Below are positions 8,949-17,946 of a DNA stretch of 64,000 nt, in pieces; positions within the stretch are counted from its first letter, which is position 1; each line of letters begins with the position of its first letter. The position numbers and the translations under genes were made by a program. The DNA lies in assembly GCA_963779755.1 (NCBI GenBank), contig CAVZZO010000001.1:576001-640000 (forward strand). Reading direction: 5' to 3'. This DNA is from an uncultured Gemmatimonadales bacterium (GTDB lineage Bacteria; Gemmatimonadota; Gemmatimonadetes; Gemmatimonadales; GWC2-71-9). Under the pieces are notes generated by a model, which did not search any database, was not told where the DNA came from, and was given only the letters and a program-made list of their open reading frames with translations.

Positions 8949-10742
8949 TCACCGGCCCGTAAAGATCCCGTGCCTGATCCTTACGGCCTTGGGGCTCGCC
9001 TTCGGGTCGGGCTCGATGTGCCGGCGGACGTTCGCCACCAGTCGCACGACGCCCCTGAGCGTCATGGGCTGGCCGCCGCGCAGGATATGCAGCGGCAGGT
9101 CCTGGTCCTCTTTTGATGCGTACTCCGACCGGAACCGATCGAAGGCGTCGGGCGCGTTGACGGCGATATCGCCCACCGAGACCAGCACATCGCCCGCCTG
9201 CACCCCCGCCGAATCGGCCACGCTGCCGGGGACGACCGACACGATGCGGACGCCGGCGCTGTCACCGGTGGTGTTGACACCGATCCGCGGCGACCGCACC
9301 GTGTCGGTGACCAGCCGCAGCCCGGCCCGGGGCAGAAGGCTGTCCCAGGGATAGGGCGAGCGGCCATCTACGTAGGCGGTATCGAAGGCGGTGAATGAGG
9401 CCCCCCCGGCATCGCGGCTCACCGCTCCCCACCATTCCGTCGCCCCGAATCCTCGGCCCTGTTTGTAGGTCTGCCGATAGACCTGCTGCATCACGTCGTC
9501 CAGCGACAGCCGGTTATCGCTGGCGTCGCGGATCATGATGTCGAGCATGAATCCCGCCAGGGATCCCTTGGGATAGTAGAGGTACCCGGTGCCGTCGGTG
9601 GGGTGGATCCAGGTGGCCAGCGAGGCGTCCTCCAGCGCCACGGCCGGCGAGTTGTCCACGGTGGCGATCTTGCCCGACGTGACATTCAGGAAGGCCGCCG
9701 AGTCGACCAGGCCGGCGCGCACCAGCGTGAGATCGGCGTAGTAGTCGGTGATCCCCTCGCTCACCCAGAGCCAGGGCGTGGGCTGCGACTGGTCGTAGCG
9801 ATAGGGAACCATGTCGGCCGGGCGCATGCGCTTCACGTTGAAGGCATGGAACATCTCATGCGCCGTGACCGACGTGAGCCACGGCTGCCCGATTCCCTGC
9901 GGGGTATAGATGCCCAGGTGGGAGTTCTGGTGTTCCAGCGCGGAGCCGCCGCCGTAGGCGGAATCGAACACCATCAGGGTGGTATAGGTCTGGTACGGCG
10001 TTTCGCCGAACACGGCCGACTGCGGGGCGAAGAGTTTGCGGTACTGGGTCCAGAAGACGTCGCGCTGATTGCCGGCCAGGGTGCCGGCCGGATAGGTGGC
10101 CAGCCGCATGGTGAGGCCGCCGGCCCGGCTCGAGTCGTAATCGAACCGGCCGATGAAAAAGGGCATGTCCACGAGGTCGTGGTAGTCGCCCTCGGTGTAG
10201 GTCCCGGCCTCGCTCCCCGAATGCATGCCGGTGGCGACCAGCCAGCCGGGTTCGGTGTGGATCCGTACGGTGGCCGGGAACTGCATGCTACGGCCCTCGG
10301 GGTACAGAAAGACGTTGGTGCCGTTGAAAAAGGCGAAGTCGGGCCGGGTCCAGGCGATGGCGTTGTCCAGGGAATCGGCCAGGTAATCGAACCCGACGGC
10401 GATCTGGCGGGCGCCGGACGGCTGAATGCGCCAGGTGTCATAGTCCAGCCGGTCCCAGTCCAGGGGCCGGCCGCCGGCCGTAGCGTCGAACCCGGACACC
10501 CAGCGGGCGAAGTTGGTGATCTCGTAGGCTCCGGGAGTCCAGTCGGGCAGGGACAGCAGCACCGGGCCGTTGCCCCCCACGTCGAAGGTCATTTCGACGT
10601 GCAGGCTGTGCCCGGCCGCGGTGGCCCGGGTGTAGGTGACGTCGTAGCGGATGTTGCTGAGGGGCGCGGAAACCGGCGCCTGGGCGGAGCTTACCGCTGC
10701 GGCTCCGGCGAGAAGAGCAAGGGTGGACAGGGCCAGGCGCAT
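8949..10742 (-). CDS. M61 family (glycyl aminopeptidase-like) metallopeptidase with PDZ domain
   Basis: Signal peptide, WTPGAY, ALEH, HEMFH, WVSEGITDY, YYPKG, C-terminal PDZ (ADSAGVQAGD). Confidence 0.92.
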   Translation of the reverse strand: MRLALSTLALLAGAAAVSSAQAPVSAPLSNIRYDVTYTRATAAGHSLHVEMTFDVGGNGPVLLSLPDWTPGAYEITNFARWVSGFDATAGGRPLDWDRLDYDTWRIQPSGARQIAVGFDYLADSLDNAIAWTRPDFAFFNGTNVFLYPEGRSMQFPATVRIHTEPGWLVATGMHSGSEAGTYTEGDYHDLVDMPFFIGRFDYDSSRAGGLTMRLATYPAGTLAGNQRDVFWTQYRKLFAPQSAVFGETPYQTYTTLMVFDSAYGGGSALEHQNSHLGIYTPQGIGQPWLTSVTAHEMFHAFNVKRMRPADMVPYRYDQSQPTPWLWVSEGITDYYADLTLVRAGLVDSAAFLNVTSGKIATVDNSPAVALEDASLATWIHPTDGTGYLYYPKGSLAGFMLDIMIRDASDNRLSLDDVMQQVYRQTYKQGRGFGATEWWGAVSRDAGGASFTAFDTAYVDGRSPYPWDSLLPRAGLRLVTDTVRSPRIGVNTTGDSAGVRIVSVVPGSVADSAGVQAGDVLVSVGDIAVNAPDAFDRFRSEYASKEDQDLPLHILRGGQPMTLRGVVRLVANVRRHIEPDPKASPKAVRIRHGIFTGR

Positions 10743-10876
10743 GGGTGGTCCAGTGAAGGAGACACCCTATAGACGGGCCGGCGAGCCTCCGGGTTGCAGG
10801 GAAGGCCGGGGTGGGCCCGGGGCGCTACCTCCCACCCCCCTCCGTGCCCACCTGCCGCCCGGTCCGCTCTTCCGGC

Positions 10877-11356
10877 TCAGTCCTCAGCCGTCTTCGGTTC
10901 CGGGACGCCCATATCGGCAGAGATTCGCCATCCGCCGTCGGGCTGCTTCTTCCAGACGGTCACATAGCGGCCGCCGATGGTGCGGGTGGGCACGCCGGGC
11001 GGGGTGTAGGTGTAGGTCCAGCGGCCCGTCTCGTACGCGGTATTGTCCACCACCCAGAGATCGTCGGTCTTGATGGTGACCGTCACGGGGCCAACCCGCT
11101 TCACGAAGTCCGTGAAATCGGCCGCGATGGCGTCCCGGCCCCGCACCATGGCGCCGTTGGGGCTGAAGCGGGCGCCGTCCGGATCGTACACCCGCGCGAA
11201 CGCCTGCGCATCCGCCCGGGCGAAGGCCGCGATGTACTCGTCGTTGCCCCTCTCGATGGCGGCCATCACGACGGGGCGGTTGTCAGGAGCCTGTGCTGCG
11301 AGGGGCGCGGCGGCGTACATGAGCGCCAGGAAAGCGAGAGGCACGGCCGTTCTCAT
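10877..11356 (-). CDS. Secreted NTF2/SnoaL-like (DUF4440-type) protein
   Basis: Signal peptide; VRGRDAI, AYETG, GRYVTVWKKQPDGGWRI. Confidence 0.85.
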   Translation of the reverse strand: MRTAVPLAFLALMYAAAPLAAQAPDNRPVVMAAIERGNDEYIAAFARADAQAFARVYDPDGARFSPNGAMVRGRDAIAADFTDFVKRVGPVTVTIKTDDLWVVDNTAYETGRWTYTYTPPGVPTRTIGGRYVTVWKKQPDGGWRISADMGVPEPKTAED

Positions 11357-11415
11357 ACGGGGCTCCTGCGAAGGGCGGTCGGGGTCCGGGAGCAGCTTCC
11401 GCTCAGTCCTCAGTC

Positions 11416-11778
11416 CTAGAGCCGTTCTACGTCCTCCACCGTGCGTTCGTTTCTCACATTCCCGGTATTCAGCGTTCCCCGGGGCTCGATCAGCATGAGG
11501 AGCACCTCGCCGCGGGCCACCGGGCAATGCTCCACGCCCCGGGGGATCACCACCATCTCGCCCGGGCCCAGCCGGAGGGTGCCGTCGCGCAGCTCGATCT
11601 CCAGGTGGCCCTCCACCACGAAGAACAGCTCGTCCTCCCGCTCGTGATGGTGCCAGACGAACTCGCCTTCCAGCCGAGTCAGCTTGACATGGCTGTCGTT
11701 CACCTCCGCTATGAGGCGGGGATGCCAATGGTCGGAGAAGCTCTGGAACTTCTCCCGCAGGTTGATGACCTGAAGCAT
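11416..11778 (-). CDS. Cupin domain protein
   Basis: GEFVWHHHEREDELF, VIPRGVEHCP. Confidence 0.9.
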   Translation of the reverse strand: MLQVINLREKFQSFSDHWHPRLIAEVNDSHVKLTRLEGEFVWHHHEREDELFFVVEGHLEIELRDGTLRLGPGEMVVIPRGVEHCPVARGEVLLMLIEPRGTLNTGNVRNERTVEDVERL

Positions 11779-11811
11779 GGTAGAAATCCTCCGGCTCGGT
11801 GGTCAGTGTGC

Positions 11812-13680
11812 TCAGTGGCCCGTATTCTCATAGTACACCACCCCTCCACTCACGGTGCCGGCGAAGAGGTCCGGATCGCCATCGCCATCGATGTCCGCGA
11901 ACCGGGGCGAGGAGAGGGGCGGAAGGGCGACGCGGAAGGTGGTGTCGGCCACAAACCTCGGCTCGGTGGGCGTTCCCAGGTTGCGATACAGCAGGAGCGG
12001 CCCGGCCTCGGAGCCGATCAGAAGATCCTGGTCCCCGTCGCCGTCGATATCCGTGAACGACGGCGCGCTGCGGCGGCCGGCGCTGATACCGTCGTACTCG
12101 TCACTCACCAGCGTGAACCTCGGCGTCTGCGGCGTGCCGTCATTCCGGTAGAAGTTGATGCTGCCGCTGGACTCTCCCACGAAGAGGTCGAGGTCGCCGT
12201 CGCCGTCGATGTCCACCAGGGCCGGCGTGGCAAAGCTGCCGCGGGTAAGCCGTACCAGGGCGGAATCGGCTAGGACGAACTCCGGATCGGAGCGGGTGCC
12301 ATCGTTGTGGTAGTACGGCAGCGCGTCGCGCCAGGTGCCGGCCACCAGGTCGGGCTTGCCGTCGCCGTCCAGGTCGCCGAACGCCGGCGCGTAGTGGTAC
12401 TGGCCGGCGATATTCAGCCGGCCGGCGGCGTGGAACTCGGCCCGCTCCGGGGTGCCCTCGTTGCGGTAGAGGTAGAGGCCCGCGGTGTGGGGGTCGTCGG
12501 GCTCGATCTTGTTGCCCAGTACCAGGTCGAGATCGCCGTCGCCGTCCAGGTCTACCAGGGCGGGTGAGCTTTCCTGGCCCACGTCGATGGAGGACAGGAA
12601 CTCGCGCGTCCGGAGGGTGTAGCGCATCGCGCCGGTCTGTTCGAGATAATAGAGATTGGCACGGCTGGTGCTGGCCGGCCGGAAGGCGCCGCCCAGCACG
12701 CCCACCACGAGGTCCAGGTCGCCGTCGCCGTCCAGGTCGGCCACCGCCGGGGCGTTGTAGCCGCTGGTGCGCAGCGGCGTGCCCGGCGGGAAGGCGGTCG
12801 AATCCCGTCCGATCACCGGCTGCTCACAGGTCCCGGTGTTCTTGAGCCAGATGAGCCCGGGTTCGAAGTAGTCGCCCCAGAGAATATCCTGGTCCCCGTC
12901 CCGGTCGATATCCACCACCACCATGGTATTGGCGCCGTGCATGCTGGGCGTGGGGAACTGCTGGCCGATGATCTGGATGTTCTGGAACCGGTCGGTGAGG
13001 AATCCGAACCGGGGAACGCCCCCGGCTTCCAGGGTGTCCAGCTCGTAACGCGTCACCATGCCGCTGGTGCGGCCCATCAGCAGGTCCAGCCGGCCGTTGC
13101 AGTCCACGTCCACGATCTGGGGAATGTTCTGCCGGTCGTTGTAGATGGCCTCGCCCCCCCTATCCCGGATGGTGTCGGCGGCCAGCACGAACCGCGGCTG
13201 CCGGCTGGAGCCGTCGTTCCGGAAATAGCGGATGTAGCTGTAGGGCGATTCCGCCAGCAGGTCGAGGTCGCCGTCGCCGTCCATGTCCACGAACCGGCTC
13301 CACTCGCCGATATCCAGGTCCTGATAATCGTCGCTGCGGAAGGCGTAGCGCGCGGAATCCCCCGCGCCGGTGCGCTCGAAGAGCATCATCCGGCCGGTGT
13401 ATTCCTGGACGAACAGATCGAGATCGCCGTCGCCGTCGATGTCCACCAGCTGGGGACGCGGGTTGTTGAGGCCGCCCAGGAAGGGGAAGGCCATCGGCGC
13501 GCCGGTGGAATCGAAGGCGGCCGGGGCATCTACCTGGCGCACGAATCCAGCTTCGCTCACCGGATGGGGGTAAGGATCGATACGAGGTCTGACGGAGGGA
13601 GCGGGGTTCCGACCGCAGCCCAGGAGCAGGACAGCGAGGCCGGTGAACGGCCCCGCCATCCAGGCGGCACCAGCCCTCAC
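11812..13680 (-). CDS. FG-GAP/VCBS repeat lipoprotein
   Basis: Many D-x-DGDGDxDL repeats; LLLGC lipobox. Confidence 0.88.
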   Translation of the reverse strand: MRAGAAWMAGPFTGLAVLLLGCGRNPAPSVRPRIDPYPHPVSEAGFVRQVDAPAAFDSTGAPMAFPFLGGLNNPRPQLVDIDGDGDLDLFVQEYTGRMMLFERTGAGDSARYAFRSDDYQDLDIGEWSRFVDMDGDGDLDLLAESPYSYIRYFRNDGSSRQPRFVLAADTIRDRGGEAIYNDRQNIPQIVDVDCNGRLDLLMGRTSGMVTRYELDTLEAGGVPRFGFLTDRFQNIQIIGQQFPTPSMHGANTMVVVDIDRDGDQDILWGDYFEPGLIWLKNTGTCEQPVIGRDSTAFPPGTPLRTSGYNAPAVADLDGDGDLDLVVGVLGGAFRPASTSRANLYYLEQTGAMRYTLRTREFLSSIDVGQESSPALVDLDGDGDLDLVLGNKIEPDDPHTAGLYLYRNEGTPERAEFHAAGRLNIAGQYHYAPAFGDLDGDGKPDLVAGTWRDALPYYHNDGTRSDPEFVLADSALVRLTRGSFATPALVDIDGDGDLDLFVGESSGSINFYRNDGTPQTPRFTLVSDEYDGISAGRRSAPSFTDIDGDGDQDLLIGSEAGPLLLYRNLGTPTEPRFVADTTFRVALPPLSSPRFADIDGDGDPDLFAGTVSGGVVYYENTGH

Positions 13681-14759
13681 CGGCGCCCCGAAATGTTCAT
13701 GCCGACAGGATCCACGTCGGTTTCGATCACCTTGGCGATCTTGCCGCTGGTCCGGTCGATCACCACGACCGTTCCGGTCCCGCCGGGCCGGGCGGTCTCC
13801 GGCTGGTAGGCACCCTGAAGATTGTGGTTCGAGATATAGACCGTCTTGCCGTCCGGCGAGATCGCCACGCCGTGGGGCTCGGCCAGGCCTTTGCCCTGGA
13901 CGATGGTGCCTACCTTCCAGGTGCCGGCGTCGAGCTCCGTCACGCTGTTGTCCTTCTGGTTGCCGAACCAGACCTGCTTGCCGTCGGGCGTGAAGGTCAC
14001 ATGCCAGGGCCAGGCGGGCACCGGAACAGCCTTCTGCTGCGTCAGGCTCGCCGGCGTGGACGCATCGAAGACCAGTGCCTGGTTCTGCATCTGGTCGGTG
14101 GCGACCAGCCGGGTACCGTCGGGGCTGACGGCGAAGTCCACGATCATCCGGTTGCCGTCGCCGGGGACGGGGCTCAGCGTGACCTCTTCCGTCTGGCCGT
14201 TTACCGTGGCGATCTGGTTCTCGGCCAGGCTACCGACGAAGGCGAAGCGGCCCCGCGGGTCCACCGCCACCGCATGGGGCCGTCCCACGAAGACGTCTAC
14301 TTCGTCGATGGACATGTCGGTGCGGTGAATGACCCCGATGCTCGACGGCGGGTTGACCGCCGACATGCTACGGGTGGCGTAGAGCAGATCGCTGTTCGGG
14401 TCCAGCGCCAGCAGGCCGGGCACCGCCATGGCGGCCTTGCCCACTACCCGGTTCTCCCGGTCGAGCTTGACCACGTAGCCGTCGCCGATCAGCGACACAT
14501 ACCAGTAGGAGCCGTCCGGCTCGACCGCGATATCATGGGGCTTGGCCTTGGCCGAGAAGCCCAGCTTCTGCAGATCCACGGTGGTGACGAGCGTGTTGGT
14601 CCGGGCGTCGATCACCGACACGGTGGCCGGCTGCTGGTTGGCGACGTAGAGCATCGGGTCGCCGGCGGCCGGGGTGGAGGCCGGCGCCGCGCCCGCCGGA
14701 GCGCCGCAGGCCAGCAGGGCGGCGATGATCGCGCCCAGGTGCATACCGCGAGCAGTCAT
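13677..14759 (-). CDS. YncE/YVTN-type beta-propeller lipoprotein
   Basis: LYVANQ..VSVID, repeated PH[DAG]xA blades, TPDGK/SPDGK turns, LLAC. Confidence 0.85.
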   Translation of the reverse strand: MTARGMHLGAIIAALLACGAPAGAAPASTPAAGDPMLYVANQQPATVSVIDARTNTLVTTVDLQKLGFSAKAKPHDIAVEPDGSYWYVSLIGDGYVVKLDRENRVVGKAAMAVPGLLALDPNSDLLYATRSMSAVNPPSSIGVIHRTDMSIDEVDVFVGRPHAVAVDPRGRFAFVGSLAENQIATVNGQTEEVTLSPVPGDGNRMIVDFAVSPDGTRLVATDQMQNQALVFDASTPASLTQQKAVPVPAWPWHVTFTPDGKQVWFGNQKDNSVTELDAGTWKVGTIVQGKGLAEPHGVAISPDGKTVYISNHNLQGAYQPETARPGGTGTVVVIDRTSGKIAKVIETDVDPVGMNISGRR

Positions 14760-14784
14760 TGGCAGGGTCTCCCGGTGACACGAA

Positions 14785-14813
14785 CGGGAGACGGGACCGA
14801 AGCCCGTCTCCCG
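14785..14813. terminator. Intergenic hairpin (terminator or mRNA-stabilising stem)
   Basis: CGGGAGACGGG-accgaag-CCCGTCTCCCG; no U-tract. Confidence 0.4.
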
Positions 14814-14842
14814 CGCGTGCCACTGATCCAGAGGTTATCGGG

Positions 14843-17206
14843 TCACGGGGTCAGCGTCGTCTGGTGATTCTTCAGCATGAACAACCCTTCGGACATACTG
14901 GTGACGACGATCGTGCCGCTCTTGAAGAACGGGTAGTTGCTCCAGGAACCGCCGAACCCGGGCTCATCCGGCCCCACCGGGACCGTATCGAAGAAGCCGT
15001 AATCCCTGGGGTTCTTCGGATCGCTGACATCGAGCACCCGGAGGCCGCTGACGTAGTTCGACTGGTACATCAGGTTGCCCTTGATGTACAGGTTGTGATC
15101 GGTCGAGTGGTTCTTGGAGATGTGCTCCGTCACCAGCACCGGGTCGGTCAGATCGCTCACGTCCCACACCAGGGTGCGCGTTCCGTTCACCGCCCCGTTC
15201 AGTTCGTCCAGCTCGTCGTCCATGAAGAAGAACCGCTGATCCTCGCTCAGCCAGCCCTGGTGGGCGTAGCCCACGTTGGGATAGGCCGCGTGCGACAGGG
15301 CCACCGGCTTGGATTTGTCGGTAACATCGGCGATCTCCAGGGCGGTCTCCGCCGAGTTGAGGCAGATCTCGTGGTCCCGGTACTTGCGGTCGGGGCCCTG
15401 GTAGACCACGCACTGCGCGTCGTGGATGTAGCCGGTGCCCGCGCGCCCGGTGGTGGGGTCGGCGAAGCAGCCGGCGAAGGCGGGGTGCAGCGGGTCGCTG
15501 ATGTTGATCATGTGCAGCCCGCCGCCGCAGGTCTCGCCGCCCGAGCTGTTGCCCACGGTGAAGGCATAGCCGGTGGCGGTGTCGATCACGATGTTATGCG
15601 CGCTGTGGATCCGGTCGTAGTGCGCGTCCTCGCTGAAGGTTTGCGGCGCGGCTTTCACGTTCCGCAGTTTCGTGAGGTCGAACACCTGCATGCCGTGCGG
15701 CCCCGATCCGTCCGACACGATGAAGGCGTAGTTGCGGTACACCTTGATATCCCGCCAGATGGCGACGTTGGCCTCCGGGGTCTTGGGCAGGTCGCCCAGG
15801 TACTTCGGATGCGTCGGATCGGTCACGTCCACGAAGGAGGTGCCGTCGATCCGGCCCACCAGGGCGTATTCCCGGCTGGTCTTCGGATCGGTCCAGCCCC
15901 ACAGGTCGTTGAGCACCACCCCTCGCTTGCCGCCCACCTCGCTCACCGGCAGGAAGGACAGCAGGTCCACGTTGCTGCAGTCGAACAATTTGGCGCTCCC
16001 CTTGGAGCAGTCCACCTTGCCGCCGGTAATGGCCGCGAGGTTCTTCACGTCGCCGTAGACCAGCGAATCGGTTTTCCAGTTGCCGCCCTCCCGGTGCAGC
16101 AGCACCGCCCCGCCCGAGCCGAAGTCCTTGTTGGGCGCGCCCACCACGCCGATGCCGCCGGCCAGCGCGATGGCCCCGCCGAACCCCGCGCCCCGGTCCA
16201 GCCCGGGGTAGCCCATCACCGTGGCGCTGTTCCAGTTCCCCGCGGTATCCCGCGAGAACTGGTAGATGCCGCCGGTGAACCCGTTGGCGCCAATGTCGCC
16301 CACCCAGATCTCGCCGCCGGTGTAGGCCAGCGCGCTGCCGAACCCGCGCCGGGGATTGAACGGCAACAGGCCGCCCAGATCCTGCCACATGCCGGTCTGC
16401 GGATCGCGCACCGTCACCTGTACCCCGCCGAAGCCGTGGAAGGTTCCCGGCGCCCCGATCGCCAGCGTGTCGCCTACCAGCATGAGCGCGCTGCCAGAGC
16501 GGGCGTTCTTCTCCAGCAGCCGGCTCTGCAGCATGTCCTCCTGCGACCACTGGCCGGTCGAATCCTGATGGAAGACATAGACCGCGCCCTTGGCGGAGTC
16601 CTTCTGCGCGGCGCCCACATAGATCCGGCCGCCGCCGATGGCGATCGCTGTGCCGAAGAAATCCCCCGGCTGGCCGTCGTTGGCCCGGAGCACGGCGGTC
16701 TGCTTCCAGCCGGTGGCGTCCTTCCGGAAGAGATAGACGGTGCCCCGGGAGCTGTCGCGGCCCCAGCTGGCCACGGCGGCGAGATCGCCCGCCAGCGCGA
16801 CCGAGCGGCCCAGTGCGTCGCCGTCCGCCGCGTCGCTGGCGGTCAGCTTGGCGGCCTGGGCCCAGCCCGAGCCCTGTTTCTGGAACACGTAGGCGGCGCC
16901 CCGGCTGCTGTCCACGCTGGTGGCGCCGATCAGGAGCCGGCCGTTATCCCACGAGAGGCTGCGTCCGAAATGGTCGTAGTTGCCGCCGTCGCTCGCGTGC
17001 AGCTCGGCGGTCCGGCTCCAGGCGTTTCCGGCCCGCTGATAGACGTACACGGCGCCGGGTGCGTACTGGTTGAGCGGCTGGCCCACGAACACCTCCTGCT
17101 CGCCCGCCGCAACGGCGCTGCCGTAGTTCTGCGCCTGCAGCAGGGCGGGGGCCGCGCCGGCCATGAACAGGGCCAGTCCGGTCATTACTAAACGGTTTCG
17201 CATCAT
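14843..17206 (-). CDS. Choice-of-anchor B family protein with N-terminal FG-GAP repeats
   Basis: FGxA...GAVY repeats then NDLWGWTD, WRDIK, HGMQVFDL, SAHNI, YIHDAQC, YAHQGW, DHN, GSWSNYPF. Confidence 0.85.
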   Translation of the reverse strand: MMRNRLVMTGLALFMAGAAPALLQAQNYGSAVAAGEQEVFVGQPLNQYAPGAVYVYQRAGNAWSRTAELHASDGGNYDHFGRSLSWDNGRLLIGATSVDSSRGAAYVFQKQGSGWAQAAKLTASDAADGDALGRSVALAGDLAAVASWGRDSSRGTVYLFRKDATGWKQTAVLRANDGQPGDFFGTAIAIGGGRIYVGAAQKDSAKGAVYVFHQDSTGQWSQEDMLQSRLLEKNARSGSALMLVGDTLAIGAPGTFHGFGGVQVTVRDPQTGMWQDLGGLLPFNPRRGFGSALAYTGGEIWVGDIGANGFTGGIYQFSRDTAGNWNSATVMGYPGLDRGAGFGGAIALAGGIGVVGAPNKDFGSGGAVLLHREGGNWKTDSLVYGDVKNLAAITGGKVDCSKGSAKLFDCSNVDLLSFLPVSEVGGKRGVVLNDLWGWTDPKTSREYALVGRIDGTSFVDVTDPTHPKYLGDLPKTPEANVAIWRDIKVYRNYAFIVSDGSGPHGMQVFDLTKLRNVKAAPQTFSEDAHYDRIHSAHNIVIDTATGYAFTVGNSSGGETCGGGLHMINISDPLHPAFAGCFADPTTGRAGTGYIHDAQCVVYQGPDRKYRDHEICLNSAETALEIADVTDKSKPVALSHAAYPNVGYAHQGWLSEDQRFFFMDDELDELNGAVNGTRTLVWDVSDLTDPVLVTEHISKNHSTDHNLYIKGNLMYQSNYVSGLRVLDVSDPKNPRDYGFFDTVPVGPDEPGFGGSWSNYPFFKSGTIVVTSMSEGLFMLKNHQTTLTP

Positions 17207-17263
17207 GGGGTTGGGGCTCCTTACGGGGGGTCGGGGTATCCACAGACGGCGGTGATGTACTGA

Positions 17264-17289
17264 TACGCAGATTACGCAGAGTACGCAGA
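17264..17289. repeat. Single arm of the 9-mer CAGATTACG element
   Basis: tacgcagat tacgcagag tacgcaga. Confidence 0.7.
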
Positions 17290-17444
17290 ACCCACCCCCA
17301 GCGTTTCCGCCAGCCGGGGTGCGGCACCGATTACTGAGCAACGGCCTGAAGTACGGCCGGGTATGGACGGGTGGAAACCGCCCGACAATCTAACCGCGTG
17401 GCCGGGAGATGGGAGCGCCTTGCCCGGGCTCCCCTGCCCGGCTG

Positions 17445-17894
17445 ATCCGCAGATTACGCAGACTTATGCGGATTAGGGAGAATCCACAGATTACGCAGAT
17501 TCGTTCCGACTCGTTCCCATACTCCTGCAAGGCACGCCCGGACTCACAGGAACAACATTCTTGTTTGTCGGTGAACCGCCGAAATCCGCCCGAGCGAATC
17601 TGCGTAATCTGTGGATCCATGTCGGCGGAGAAACGCCCCCGGTCATAGACACCGGAGCCGAGTCCTTCCTGGACCCGTTCGCAGATCTCGATGTCTTCCG
17701 CCTGGACCCCGTCGGAGAATGCCAGGTCGTCGGCGCGGAAGACGATGCGGCAGCGGTCCGGCCCCAGCGGTTCGACCAGACTGGTCTGCAGCCGCTACTC
17801 CTCCAAGGCACGCCCGGACTCACAGGAACAACATTCTTGTTTGTCGGTAAATCGCCGAAATGCGCCCGAGCGAATCTGCGTAATCTGTGGATCC
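17445..17894. repeat. CAGATTAC inverted-arm elements with a 99-bp direct repeat (17520-17618 / 17796-17894)
   Basis: Left arms near 17445 and 17482; right arms near 17596 and 17872; direct repeats differ at 4 positions. Confidence 0.85.
17616..17795 (-). pseudogene. Duplicated 3' fragment of the Rieske oxygenase gene
   Basis: Matches 18008-18127 plus 18173-18232, with one substitution and a 45-bp internal deletion. Confidence 0.9.
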
Positions 17895-17946
17895 TTCACG
17901 GGAGCGACTCGAGACCCGGAACCCCCGGGTTGTGCGAAGATGCCGA

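Noticed and set aside
14759..17191. Long antisense ORFs (e.g. 810 aa here, 744 aa at 32370-34604, 583 aa at 45749-47500)
   Set aside because: Shadows of real opposite-strand genes in high-GC DNA; no recognisable motifs.
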